From Fistulifera solaris (lineage: Eukaryota), in the NCBI GenBank assembly GCA_030295235.1, contig AP026135.1, forward strand, positions 868,001 to 932,000: a DNA stretch of 64,000 nt, read 5' to 3'. Positions 39,515 through 52,301 of the stretch are shown here, piece after piece. The position numbers were made by a program, and so were the translations under genes. The notes below the pieces were generated by a model, which searched no databases, was not told the origin of the DNA, and saw nothing but the letters and a program-made list of their open reading frames with translations. The stretch's first letter is position 1, and each line of letters begins with the position of its first letter.

Positions 39515-41270
39515 CTATCGTTTTACAAGCAGGGCACCACCCTGTCCATTCTTATCTTTACCACGAAAAACGCGGTACCCTTGCTCCAACAACCATTGTA
39601 ATACTGCCGACTCCAATGCACCGCCGCCCTTTTGATGCGTTCGGCTACCCACATGGTGTCCCGTACCTGTCACAATCCAAACTTGTTCCACCATCTCGAG
39701 ACGCTGTGGTAAAACTGTCTCGAGAACTGTAGCAAAAGTTTTGAGCGATTGAAAGTGCAAGTCAATGACACTTTCATCATGATAGGTTGCTGCCATGACG
39801 TGATAGTATCGTTGTAATGGATCTTCAATGTAAAAATGCGGCAGCGTCTCTGTTCTCATGGGGATTCCACAAGTCTTGGGGAATCCGGATCGTTGGAACC
39901 GCGGTCGGCGGGCTCAATGTTGCAGCAATGTTCCTTGCGCCGCTTGGGGCTGCAAAGGACGACGAGCTACTGTAGCCTCTATAAGCGATGCTGGCAAAAG
40001 AACCGGGCGGGGATGAAATTGCATACGATTCTTGGAACTGAGTTGGTGCTGCCCAAGATGAAGCAGTGCCACGGTATGCTTGCACATCCGATTGATAATA
40101 TAAACCGTCATTATAAGCGGTAACTGCTTCTGGTCGATGTGTTTCATGGAACCCGTGGAGAAAGCGACATGTTTCTCCCTTTCCACAACGACCCCGGATC
40201 CAGAAAATGCATGTATGACTGGCAATATTATGTGAGAACTGACAATCGCTACGGTAGCAACCGGACTGTAAAAGATGGCGACAAATGGGAGGAGCGGTCA
40301 TGGCCGCATTGACGACGTATTGCGCGGTACCAATATCAGCTTGTGCCAGAACAGCGGCTTCGTACGCTGCTTCGTGTGACAAGTCAACATTCATGGAGAG
40401 CAACATACTTGCAGTGCTTTCGTACTGTTCTGGTTCAATAAAAGGATCCGGGACAGATACATTTGCGTTCTCTGTTGCAAAAGCAGCAGTTTCATCGATG
40501 CTGGATTGCCGCGATCGGGAAGGACGAAAAAGAGCAGCGGCGAGATCCGACGCAGGGTGACTTTTCCTGGTTCCACCTCGACTTTTCGAATCTAAAGCAG
40601 GAAAATCTTCTCCATCATGATCCACTGGGCTAGTTATGACCTCTTCCTGAACACTACACAATATGCTTTTGCCTTCTATTCCGTCTTCGTCCAGCAAATG
40701 AGGCGGCAGAAGACTATCGGCTCGATTTGGAGATATCAGATTAGTTGGTCGCTTTCTCCCTGTTTTTGTAGCCTTGACGGCAGACAGGGAAGGAAATTCT
40801 TCCTCGTCGTCGGGCGAGATTACAATGCTATCAAAGTGAAACGATGGCTGTGGTTGGGCGTGCACTGAAGATAAGACGTTGTGATACAGTCCTCCCACCA
40901 CTGAGTTTTGTGTTTCCGGAACAGGAACCTGATTTTTCAGCACGGAAATCGAAATCTCCTCCAATGCATCCTTCACTTCATTTTCTGAGGTAAACCCGCA
41001 ATATTCCTGAAGTAACTCTATCAGACCTTCACAGTCGGCGAATTGAGATAAGTCTCCCGAACAATCACGAAGAACTGAAGCAACATACGGCCCCAAGCTA
41101 TCATCAGGAAGCGCCTGCCCTCGTTCCAAAGCATGTTTCTCCAGTACCTGCTGCGCATAAGCATCGATCAAATCCGGACTAGCGTCCACCATGGTGGGTT
41201 CATCTTTCGAGAAAACGGCGTTTCCATCGAGAGACCAGGCGGAAGAAGAAGCTGCCCTAGCGGTCTTCAT
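39515..41270 (-). CDS. C3H1 zinc-finger + Smr domain protein (frameshift near 39835)
   Basis: Two CCCH fingers (CRHLLQSGCYRSDCQFSH; CIFWIRGRCGKGETCRFLH). Smr motifs IDLHFQ..., WIVTGTGHH...GGGAL. Confidence 0.88.
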
Positions 41271-41872
41271 TTTCTCAATAAATACGTGATTACAGTCCTG
41301 AGCCAAGACCTCGAATAGCTCTTAAAACATTACAAAAAGAAGGAGTTTCTCGCACCCGCAGTCGTGCTTTGAATGGAAATATTTAACTACAGTCCTACTT
41401 CTCACGTGCTGGTTCCTCAAGGCAGTTACTTTCCAAAACCAATTGATGATAACGTTGATCTAATTTGTATGTATATTTGTAAAAGGTTTGTTCATCAGCG
41501 ACGTTATACAAGTATAGACGTAATGAAAGAGCGGGGAAAGGTTGAAGTACGCGCATCACGTGTTTATTGAAAACAGCACAACACGCTTTGAGTGGGAAAA
41601 AGATACACGACCTGTGTGTCTTAGGGTGACTAAACTATTCTGTGAGACATACAGCAAAACTAGGTCTTTCAACTTCGAAAACGACATAAAGTACTCTTTC
41701 AATCTTGCCTAATTAATCAGCGTTTCAATTTAGCACCTATGACTGAAAAACCCAGTCATGAAAAAAGGTCTCTTACATTTTTATAGACACTCGTATACTT
41801 CTAATTAGTGTCAATCCGTGTTACTGGCACAGCGGCTACCGGTAAGTATTTTTTCTCGTAGCACGAGGTGCG

Positions 41873-43282
41873 ATGCGGGTTGACCTTTTATTATTGTCAA
41901 TCTATTTGCATGTGACCTCCATCTGGCCTTTAACATTACGGAATATTATATCTTTAATTCTGTCCAAAATAAGGTTGATGAACGACAAATTAAGCAAACT
42001 GAAATCTGCTTTCAAGGAGCGAGATCCTCGTTACCTTGCCCTTTGTCATGTAGTCATTCTTATTCTCTGGGTGTTGGTGCTCGCTTCCCTCAAATGTGAT
42101 TCCGACATCGGAGTTCCGGATGACATTGTATTAACACCATGGTATCAGTTACAAGACTATACTGACAAGTACGATCAGCTAGTGCGACTCAATACGGAAC
42201 ACGAAAAAGCACTTGTCAAACTGCAATCGCTTCAGAATCGTTTCAATGCCGTGTCTAAAACTATCGAAAAAATCCTAGTCGAATACGAGGACCACTCCCT
42301 GTGGGATCAACAAAAGCTGTTGTTTACGCAAGGGACGGAAGCATCCTTTCATGCACCAACGAAACTGCGTCAACTTCTCGAAAAAGAGAATCTCGAAGAT
42401 GCATATCCACTCGAAAATTCTCTTCGCCCAGCATTCCGTGAAGCGGCAGCCGATTTGCAGCAGAATATGGAGCGAGGTATGGGTAACATCGATTGGAAAG
42501 GACTACGATCGGAGTTTCAGTCATTTGCTATTCCCGAGCGGCCTCTAGTGGAAGTGCTACCCAGGAGCTGCGACACAGTTGACGACGGAGAAATAGATGA
42601 CGCAAGCCCGACCGAAGACGACATGAATGAAAAGATTCAGATTATTCGAGACTTGGCTACAAGACGCCGGCAAGTGCTTCAAAGTCGAGGTCGTACTGCG
42701 TTGCAGCTGCCGTTTTCATTTGAAAAGACGGTTGAACGTCAAGTGGCGAAAAGAAAACTGATGCTGACCGAACTTGAAGCGAGTCGCTTAGCTATTGCAA
42801 AAGAACGAAGCACACTGAAGAGCGATGCAAACATGGAGGAAGGGACTATGGAGCAATGCATAAAGTCACAGGACGTGCTTCCTTGGCTAGAAGACGGTCT
42901 TCAAGCCTATTTTCGAGGTCGTGACCCTAGGCAAGCGGTCTTACGCAGAGTGATTGAAGCACATCCAAGCGTTGATGGATCTAGGGCTCTGATCGAATTG
43001 CCATCCTCTTCCGACAACTCCAGAGCAGAACGAGCAGCGCCGAAAAATTTAAGGCAGTTCTTGGATAGCCCGTTAGTTCTGGAGTCGGCCAGGAGTATCA
43101 ATATGATTGTCGATTCTATTGGAGGATATAGCGATTGGTTTGACAACTATATTGACGGGCTGGGGGTCGACGATGTTGGTAAAGTTGTCATCAACGCGCT
43201 GATGCAAAGAGCAGGTAGCATAAATCTACCTCCCATGCCTGAATTTATCGACAAATATCGTAGGCAATCTACTTTCCGCTAA
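41873..43282 (+). CDS. Hypothetical single-pass membrane coiled-coil protein (true start uncertain; an upstream intron is possible)
   Basis: 469-codon ORF with TM LALCHVVILILWVLVLA followed by heptad-rich segments. Confidence 0.65.
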   Translation: MRVDLLLLSIYLHVTSIWPLTLRNIISLILSKIRLMNDKLSKLKSAFKERDPRYLALCHVVILILWVLVLASLKCDSDIGVPDDIVLTPWYQLQDYTDKYDQLVRLNTEHEKALVKLQSLQNRFNAVSKTIEKILVEYEDHSLWDQQKLLFTQGTEASFHAPTKLRQLLEKENLEDAYPLENSLRPAFREAAADLQQNMERGMGNIDWKGLRSEFQSFAIPERPLVEVLPRSCDTVDDGEIDDASPTEDDMNEKIQIIRDLATRRRQVLQSRGRTALQLPFSFEKTVERQVAKRKLMLTELEASRLAIAKERSTLKSDANMEEGTMEQCIKSQDVLPWLEDGLQAYFRGRDPRQAVLRRVIEAHPSVDGSRALIELPSSSDNSRAERAAPKNLRQFLDSPLVLESARSINMIVDSIGGYSDWFDNYIDGLGVDDVGKVVINALMQRAGSINLPPMPEFIDKYRRQSTFR

Positions 43283-43568
43283 TAATAATTACAACAAAGC
43301 CTGGTACGCCCACCGTATCGAGCTGTCTTCGGTAAAGACGGCGTTATAAAAGTAGGCAATTAACTACGATACCCCTGATAGTCCCACAGCTATTTCAGCG
43401 GTAGATCTTGTAGGGAGTACATTAGGTAATCATTTTCACGAGCAAGGCATTGATTACGATAAACGGTCTATCGATGCCGCCTTCTCAACTTCCCCCTAGA
43501 GCATCTAAGGATTAGTATATCTATGCAAAAACCATACACTATTTAGACAGACGCACGTGATTAGAAAA

Positions 43569-46336
43569 CTAGAAGATGACAGCAGACTCGTGGGCTGATT
43601 GCAAATTCGAGTTGCTCTTGGTGGCAATAGCTCGCTTCAAGGTCGACATGAAATAATCCTTGGTAGGGCGGTGGCGTCGTTGGCGCGTCTTACTCTCTAT
43701 GCGTCTACTGAACTCTTTGAGTAAAATTGAATGCACCTGGCCGTCAATCAAATGGCGTTCCTCTGCCCAATCGAGGAGTTGTGACATTTCAGTTTCGACA
43801 CCACCATCGTCTACCGAGCGATGCAACATCGCTGCAGATTCTTTTATTCGGCGAATTTTGAGTATACACTGAGGTTGTTTCCACGGCTCTCCGTCCACTT
43901 GGACAGCAACTTTTTTCTTGATCATAATTGTAGCTTCTCGACATTGACATAAACGCTGTGCATTGCCGAGGCCCACTTTGATTTGACCGAGATGAAATGC
44001 TCCACGAATCGAAACGATTTCAAGAAGTCCATCTTGACAACTACTCGGACGATCACAAGCCGTTACGCGCTCAACGCGTTCTTCATCGGTAATGCTGAGC
44101 TGAGTGTCGTCAATACTTTCAAACGAATTCGTCCGTTTCAAAAGGGGGCGGGAAAACTCAATCAAGCTCATACTTCTTTTAGGCATTCTTCGTTGCACCA
44201 ACCTTGAACGTGTGCTCCGGTCTTCAATCTTAGTACCCGTTGACCAAAGAGGGACTCCCCCGGCGTACGAGTCGATATTCAAAAGGATAATGCCCTGTGA
44301 GTCATGCGGTATGGGGATTTCGACTCCATCAGCTATCAGCCTAATCTCTTTTCGAATATTAAGACTCGATGCCTTGATTATATCCTCCGCCCCGAAGACT
44401 CCGTACCAGGCCTTGTTTAAGATCCGAGAAAAGAACCAGTCAGGACGCGTCTCACGGAGATAATGAACTTGTAAAGCAGCTTGTGCATCAGCACCAACGC
44501 CCAGGTAATTAGTAAAATTCTTGACCTCGCTGACTTTCTTCTTCTTTGTTCCGGTTATAGAGACTTCCCACCTGTCAAGCATGGAAATGTAACTCTCCGA
44601 AATTTGGTTTAAAATACCAAGCAACGACTCGTTGTTATAACCGCCACCCCAACCATGGAAACGGGCCAAGTCGTTCCCCGTCCCGAGCGGAAGTATGGCA
44701 ATAGGCGGCCACTTGCGCTTCAGTTTCATCTTCTCAAGTGTACCAATAATCCAACTTACGGTCCCATCACCTCCACAGACAAGAATACGCAAGCGCGTTA
44801 ACACACAAAACGATTCGAGAACCACATCGGGACTTCCATCAGCGAGATCCCACACTTGTATTGGATTCAATAGCCGTCGCAATTGAGTAATAAGTAAGTG
44901 GCCCTGCTGTGGACCTGATCGAGAGTTCACAAAAACCAACAAGGGCGTACATCGAGACTCGGGTAGCATCTCATCAGCTAATATGTATCCATTTTTGTCC
45001 GGTAACGCAACTTCAACCATGAGCTTGTCGAGAGAATCTTGCGAGTTTGCCGTCTCAAAGAAACAGTTTGTAGGTGATGCGGCCGGCGACTGTAGTTGAT
45101 ACTTTCTTTCTGGTGTAGCAGGGCAGCCTGTCTCATCGTCGTCTGCGGTAACGGATGTTGCGGATGAAACGGTTCCTTTTCGCAAGCGTCCTACTGAATC
45201 ACGTGACAGCACTAGATCTGCATCACTTGTTGTTTTCAGACCATCACCCGGGGATTTCAATTCGGCAATAACGTGCTCCTCAGGCAAATTGCTTGGGCCT
45301 TCAATTTCGTCTTCTTTCAGAGCGACACAATCATCTTTTTCACCAATCGGACTTGACAAAAATCCTTCCTCTTTTTTCTCCTCCTCTGCCTCCACAAGCA
45401 CACTATCGGACAGTGTTCGTGGCACTTCCGGTCTTGTAGAAGACGGAATTTCATGAGTGTTGTCGTCTTCATCATCTTCAAGGTCCTCAATTTGTCGTTC
45501 TTCGCCCTGTCGCACGGGCTCGTTGCTGGATTGCCTATGCCGTCGAATGCCTTGTAACCAACAAATCAAAGTCCACCCAGCATGCGCATAATCAAAGCTG
45601 ATGATGGATCTCAAAAACCATAACACGTAGCGAATATAAGTCTGTATTCGCCGCGCCGGATTATCATCATCGTCACTGCTTGGCGGTGACTTTTGTTTGT
45701 CATCTCCATTCGTGACAACGTTTTTGTTGGACGAAGTTGAGCCGCGAGGACTCGACGACAAGATGGTGGTAACACCAGCCGATGATAGTCTGATTGCGCT
45801 ATTTTGTTCTCCCATGCTTGTTCAAAACGCTCTTCGTCCGTGAGAGTGATTTCATCTACCCGAATATCGGAGAGTTTCGATTCACTGTCGCTGTTGTGCA
45901 CCGAATCCTGATAATGGAATAGTCGATCTGGGAAAATCGCCGGCGAAAAATTATCCCTCCGCGAAGCGGTTCCTGTAAGACTGGAATGCATGGAGGAAGA
46001 CGATTTGACCGCAACCAGCGATCTCGAATCCTCCTCCTTCGATCGACGTGGGGCTAACACAAAGACCGCCACCATGACTAAGGAAAGATACAACGCCAGA
46101 CATAATAAATCCCGTTCCATACGACTCGGATCTTCCCAATATTCAAAAACTATTGGAAACAGGAACTGCATGATTCGGTGCAACTGCATGCGCAAAGTTT
46201 GAATGTCTTCCACAATTCCACTCCACACCGTTTGTGCGGCGGTTTCGACTAAATGCTCTACCGCTTCGATCAATTCTTCGTCGGCATAGATTTCTTCCTC
46301 AGTCCTGTATTCGAAATTATCCACGAAGGAACTCAT
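43569..46336 (-). CDS. DGK: Diacylglycerol kinase with N-terminal membrane anchor (frameshift near 45740)
   Basis: Motifs PLLVFVNSRSG, ILVCGGDGTVSW, LPLGTGNDLAR, NYLGVGADA, NIDSYAGG, DGLLEIV and VQVDGEPW. Confidence 0.95.
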
Positions 46337-46908
46337 GATGCCATGGCAAGAATATCGAAAGGAAGAAAGAATCGATGGGAACGCAATTTTTCGCCAGCGC
46401 TATGCTTCGTATTGCCGATGACGCTTCGGGATACGAATTTCTCGGGTTCCTATATCGTTTGCACCTCTCTGTAGGTTGATTCGTTAAAGAAGACTATTTT
46501 AAATGATTTTTTTTTGCATGAAGTAATATCAATGAACAATATTTTTTATCGTCTTTTCGTATTCTCGCAAACAAGAGAGACGCCACAGACTGCAACACGA
46601 ACAAAAACCGCTTCGATCCGAAAGCTTTGGCAGTGTTTCGTGTCCAACTCTGAGACTCCGAGTACCGGAAACTTGATACAGAACTGTACCGGTGTAATAC
46701 GCACGACTACTTTCCAGCGGACAGTGCATACCAAGGAGCGAAAAAGAGAAAAAGGAATTTGGAATTTGAATTTTCCGTAGATCTTCGAGAACCAATCATT
46801 CGCCCTCGATCGAACACAAGCTGGTTGTTGTTTTTCTTATTCTGTGAGAAGCCTTTGTCGTTGGAATGAACCCCTTTCTATACTGCTTTGATAACAACCT
46901 CCTTTCTT

Positions 46909-48372
46909 ATGAACGAATCAATTACGAATGAAGTGGAAGAGGACGGCGGTATTCTCACGACACAGACGTTTGCTTCGTTAGGACTTTGCAATACGTTGAG
47001 CCAAGCATGTGAACGACTGAATTGGAAAACCGCCACCAAGATTCAAGCTGCCGTCTTACCGGAAGCATTACAAGGACGTGATATTATTGGTGAGTCATTA
47101 TAATTCTAGGTCGACACTACTACTCTGCTTCGATTGTCTCTAACAAATGTGTCTTCGACAAAAAGGTCTGGCCGAAACCGGATCGGGGAAAACGGCTGCT
47201 TTTTGTTTGCCCATTTTGCAAGGATTGCTCGAAAAACAAGTTGGTCGTCGCGTTTCTGCTGTCATCTTGACTCCCACCCGCGAACTCGCCTTTCAAATAC
47301 ATCAAGTCGTCCAAGCGGTAGGACAAGCAATACAGGCCACTTCTCTCTGTGTGGTCGGAGGTGTCGATCGAACGTCACAAGCCATAGCACTGGCGAAACA
47401 TCCTCACATTGTAATTGCAACACCCGGTCGTTTATTGGATCATTTGAAAGATACCAAAGGATTCCATTTGCGCCATGTACAATATTTGGTGTTGGATGAG
47501 GCGGACCGCATGTTGTCCATGGACTTTGAGCAAGAATTACACCAAATTTTAGATGAGGTGCCATCCGAGCGTCAAACCATGTTGTTTTCCGCGACCATGA
47601 CATCGCAAGTACAAAAGCTTCAGCGCGCTTCGCTTACAGATCCTGTCCGATTGCAAGTGAGTAGCAGCAAATTTCAAACCCCGCAACATTTGCTTCAGCA
47701 TTATTTGTTTATTCCCGCAAAATACAAGGACGTTTATTTGACGTACATTGTCAACGAATTGGCTGGTAAATCGATACTGGTTTTTTGCGCTACTTGTCAG
47801 AATGTTCAGCGGTTGACACTGATGTTACGCAACCTGGGATTTCCAGCCGTGAGTTTGCACGGACAAATGACCCAAAACAAGCGGTTGGCCGCCTTGCAGA
47901 AATTTGCGTCGCAACAACGCACCATCATGTTGTGCACGGATGTCGCCAGTCGTGGTTTAGATTTGCCATCGGTGGACACTGTGTTCAATTTTGATTTGCC
48001 CGGTCACGGGAAAGAATACATTCACCGCGTGGGACGTACCGCACGAGCTGGAAAAGCGGGACAAGCGATATCGATGGTCACCCAATACGATGTGGAAGTG
48101 TTTCAACGACTGGAATCTTTATTGGGGACTAAGCTGCCTGCCTATCCTATTGCTAGTGAAGAAACAGTGCTGGTGTTGTTAGAACGAGTCTCCGAAGCCC
48201 AGCGCTTGGCTACTCGCGAATTGAAGGAGCAGCTGGCAGCTCAGAAAGATGGAAGACACCGCAAGAAGAGGCGCGGGGAAGATGACGACGAGAAAGGTTT
48301 GGAAGGAATGTTGGAAAAGAATTGAAACGAGGATATGCGGCTGCTGGTGGCAAGAACAAGCGACGAAGATAG
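46909..48372 (+). CDS. DDX47: DEAD-box RNA helicase DDX47/Rrp3 (intron 47090-47165; C-terminal frameshift near 48320)
   Basis: Q motif; GRDII|GLAETGSGKTAAF, PTRELA, TPGRL, DEAD, SAT, DVASRGLD and HRVGRTARAG; Rrp3-type LERVSEAQR. Confidence 0.93.
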
Positions 48373-48464
48373 GGATACAAGTTAGTCTTGTTAGTTTTAA
48401 TAATCAAAAGATAAGATGATGTAGGATGATTTTTCACGTATGGATACCTGTTAGATTCTTTTCC

Positions 48465-48968
48465 TTAAATCACCAATGTCGAAATAGCATTTCGTATTGT
48501 GGAGTTGTTGGAATCGGAGGTGGTCGGTGCTTTCTCTTGCATTTCCCGAGCATCGAGTAGTAATTGTTGCAACGAATCATCGAGCGGCTTACTTGGTTCC
48601 ACGACTGAATTGGTTGTGGTAGCTTTTGTGGTGAGAGTATTGTACGAAGTAGCCGAAGGTGTCGAGGATGCATTCGACGTGGTTCCGCGAACAAGGTCTC
48701 TAACGTCCGTGACTTTGAGTGAGACACCAGTGTCTTCAAGGCGCGGTTCGAAGTCAACATTCAAATTACTCTTCGTTTGCGGCACTTCAGGTGTGTTTCC
48801 TTCGACAGGAGACTTTCGTCGTACACGGCGTTTGCGATTGTCACTGGTTTCGGCCGTCAAGTGGGATGGACCGGAAAACCGGGATGTTGCTGGGTGCACT
48901 ACAAAAGCACTTCCGGTGCCCCAACAACAGTAGCCACTTATCACCAGCAGAAGTAAATGCTTCATCAT
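48465..48968 (-). CDS. Plastid-targeted hypothetical protein, possibly 3'-truncated
   Basis: Signal peptide plus GSAF-VV presequence and a basic RKRRVRRK patch. Confidence 0.55.
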   Translation of the reverse strand: MMKHLLLLVISGYCCWGTGSAFVVHPATSRFSGPSHLTAETSDNRKRRVRRKSPVEGNTPEVPQTKSNLNVDFEPRLEDTGVSLKVTDVRDLVRGTTSNASSTPSATSYNTLTTKATTTNSVVEPSKPLDDSLQQLLLDAREMQEKAPTTSDSNNSTIRNAISTLVI

Positions 48969-49173
48969 TGTATGTTGCACGTAAATGATCAATGACAATC
49001 AGTACGCAGTAATATGTAATATAGATTAACTCTTCTTGTCGGAAAAGTCGATGATGGTTATGTTGAAGTGCGTCCGAAAGGAGTGTACAATTTCCGTTTG
49101 GTGTCCTCAATACAATCTCTAGTAAGGTTATAGATAACGATTGTACCCAAGATCTTGCCGAGGAGCGAGGAGT

Positions 49174-49785
49174 CATGATGTTTTCCGAGCCCGACATCTA
49201 TTCAATCTTCGTTCCTTTGCAAGATTGATAAGCAGTACTTGGTTATAACACGATGCGATCAACATCAGTAGCAGCTGTAATGCACGTCTTGGTATTTACG
49301 AAGAAAATACTTGTGGAATTTCGTTGTTTGAAATCACTATAGACCCAAGTGTCAGCGACGTTTCACCACGACTGCGTTTCAGTCATGAATCATGATGTTT
49401 TCCGAGCCCGACATCTATTCAATCTTCGTTCCTTTGCAAGATTGATAAGCAGTACTTGGTTATAACACGATGCGATCAACATCAGTAGCAGCTGTAATGC
49501 ACGTCTTGGTATTTACGAAGAAAATACTTGTGGAATTTCGTTGTTTGAAATCACTATAGACCCAAGTGTCAGCGACGTTTCACCACGACTGCGTTTCAGT
49601 CATGAATCATGATGTTTTCCGAGCCCGACATCTATTCAATCTTCGTTCCTTTGCAAGATTGATAAGCAGTACTTGTTTATAACACGATGCGATCAACATC
49701 AGTAGCAGCTGTAATGCACGTCTTGGTATTTGCGAAGAAAATACTTGTGGAATTTCGTTGTTTGAAATCACTATGGACCCAAGTG
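49174..49785. repeat. Tandem array of ~2.8 x 217 bp; more diverged ~210-bp units continue to ~50260
   Basis: CATGATGTTTTCCGAGCCCGAC starts at 49174, 49391 and 49608 (period 217). Diverged core CCACGACTGCATTTCAGTCATG at ~50030. TACCATTCAT...AATCCTT.CGAAAT is repeated at ~49911 and ~50119. Confidence 0.95.
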
Positions 49786-50527
49786 AAATTTCTGTCGTGA
49801 ATCATGAAGCGTCTCGACTTGATTCCAGTCATGAGCCCTAATCCTTTTAAGCCAGATGTTATTCTCGCTCCGTTCATAATGCTAGGTTGGTGAGCCGTTA
49901 ATAACCTTCTTACCATTCATATATCGTTAGTTATATTTGCAATGCACACCGCGAATCATTACGTTGGGAATCCTTGCGAAATCATCGTTTTGGGTAGTCA
50001 CTATAGACCCAAAATGTGTCCTTGACAAACCACGACTGCATTTCAGTCATGGATCAAATTTCATTCGAGCCCGAGGCACGTTCGTTTTGCTAGATTCACC
50101 AACTATGATTGCCACCCATACCATTCATGTAGCAAAAAAAACAATACAATTGTAGTACATGCAACGGTTCATTACATCGGAAATCCTTCCGAAATGGTCG
50201 TCGTATGATTATACTATGAAATCAAACTGCATACCGAACTTCATCTCGATTGAGAATCATGGTGGCGATGGTGGCAAGTGGCAAGGCGGATACGCTGTAT
50301 TTGTTCCTACTACAAGTACGTACAAAAATTCGGTGAACTTGTACAAAGTGATTTCCAGAAATTCTGGAGATGGTATTGGTACCATGTACAGTAGCCTAGA
50401 ACAACTGGGACGAGACGTTTTTATTCGCCGAATGATTGCGCAAGTTGTTGTGAGTTGTGAGGCCAACAGAAACAGAAAACTAAGCAATTTATAACGTTAC
50501 GTTAAATCTGCCCTCGCCAACAAAATT

Positions 50528-51220
50528 ATGATGATTCGAGTATCCAAAAGTTTTGTCACAGCGACGACCCGCAAATGGCAATTCGCCACGACACCGCTCC
50601 GTAATTATTTCAATTCGGTGCCCCTCGCAACGTCGTTGCCCTACCACTTAGTGGTCGGTCTGCCCGCTCTTTCCCCCACCATGAATTCAGGCAGTTTGGC
50701 GGAGTGGTACGTCCAAGAAGGAGATCGATTTTCGGCGGGAGATGCGGTCGCCAAAATAGAGACCGACAAGGCCTCGATTGATTTTGAAGCGCAAGATGAT
50801 GGCTTCGTGGCAAAATTGTTACAACCCGTCGGCGTGGATTTAGCGGTCGGAACTCCGATCATGGTGACCGTGGAGGACGAGGCGGATGTTGCGGCGTTTG
50901 CTGATTATACTTTACCAAAAGAAGAGAAAGCTGCGGTAGCAGCATCGCCACCGACACCTCCACCTGTTCCAGCCCCAGTCGCTACGCCTCCTCCTCCTCC
51001 CTCCGTTCCTTCTACGCCGCCGCCGCCTCCGTCCCCAGTTACAGCGCCAGTAGCAGTATCTCCTCCACCTCCAGTCGCCGCTGTCTCATCAACGTCGTCA
51101 TCCGCCGTTGCCTACGGATTCTCCACCACCAAGGTCTCGCCCTTGGTCAAGACTTTGGCGGCACAACAAAAAGCGTACATTGATCGCTATGGAACCACCG
51201 GTCAACGACCTATCCTATAA
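50528..51220 (+). CDS. Mitochondrial stand-alone lipoyl-domain protein (PDH E2/E3BP-like lipoyl domain only)
   Basis: Arg/Thr-rich presequence; LPALSPTM..G....W...EGD, IETDKA (lipoyl-Lys); Pro/Ala linker; short C-terminal tail; no acyltransferase domain. Confidence 0.85.
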   Translation: MMIRVSKSFVTATTRKWQFATTPLRNYFNSVPLATSLPYHLVVGLPALSPTMNSGSLAEWYVQEGDRFSAGDAVAKIETDKASIDFEAQDDGFVAKLLQPVGVDLAVGTPIMVTVEDEADVAAFADYTLPKEEKAAVAASPPTPPPVPAPVATPPPPPSVPSTPPPPPSPVTAPVAVSPPPPVAAVSSTSSSAVAYGFSTTKVSPLVKTLAAQQKAYIDRYGTTGQRPIL

Positions 51221-51426
51221 AATTGTTTAAGAGCGAGTTTGAAGTACTTTTCAATTAAGAAAAGAGAGATTAGTTAGTTTTCCACTTAAAAAAAATAAAT
51301 ACGGCCTTGAAAGGATTGCTCACTAGCTCTATAGTCCCATGGAGACGCCTCGAATTTGCTGAAGCATCATGACTCATGATTACTCATGCGTCGCTTGTTT
51401 TTGAAAATGGGCAAGAACAATCAATT

Positions 51427-52301
51427 TCATTCGATGATTGTCTGGTAAAGCCACGGACTCGATGGACCGCTGCGATGACTCAAACGACATTGTTTCCACA
51501 ACGACTGCGCTACCGATTGACGACTGGATTCGTTCTGTGGATGCCAACACGTCAAGACCGTCGGTTTGAAATAACATGAAACTGGCCGGAACGTGTCCAA
51601 CGTCGGGGCATTTGTATCGAAACACAATAAAAGAGTGACATGCGTGGGATTGTGGGTATGACATTCGCGTAGTGCGTGTTGAATATTGATATGTGTATAC
51701 CAATGATCGGGATCGATCGTGCGTGGATCACAAGCAACGACATACACAATATGACAGGGATTGGGAAGCGTCTGCGTGTCGTGCTCAAACAAGTGCACGT
51801 AGTGTTGTTCCGTCACGGTCGATGATAAGGCACAACATCGTCGTTCCAGTTGTTGAAGAATGACACGGTCCTGCAGATTCCAGGCACTACGATCAACATT
51901 ATCGCGTTTCAATAAGGACGCCGCGAACAGTTGGGTAAGATGCGTCGGTCCAATCAAAGCGATATGCCATCCGATGACAGGGAGCGGCTGGGGGTCGGTG
52001 ACTGGGTGATGATGATTCGTGCCCGCTTCGGCGACCGATTTTCTGCAACAGAAGTAGATTGCAACATTTCATTAATTTCATCTATTAAAAAAGTTGTCAA
52101 ATTGAGTGGGGATAGAATGCGGTTGGTTGATATTGTATCATTGCTACGGAGTATTTTATTGCTTGACGCAAGCTTGACACTTGAACGTTTCGAATGTAAG
52201 AAATGCCAGAATGAGGCCAACGTCGAACGACTGACGTTCGAGTCACGAATCACAGTCATTCTGAAAATTTGATCGCGCAACGGATCCGCCTGTACATACA
52301 A
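51427..52301 (-). CDS. Hypothetical protein (two overlapping ORFs, probable frameshift near 51955)
   Basis: ORFs 51954-52301 and 51427-51957 abut on the same strand; no family recognised. Confidence 0.45.

Noticed and set aside
41739..41760. ATGACTG-N7-CAGTCAT inverted repeat resembling the satellite core
   Set aside because: The spacer length differs and there is no flanking similarity to the family; it may simply be the start of the downstream gene.
49174..49785. CRISPR-like array
   Set aside because: The units are whole 217-bp tandem copies with no unique spacers, there are no cas genes, and the context is eukaryotic.
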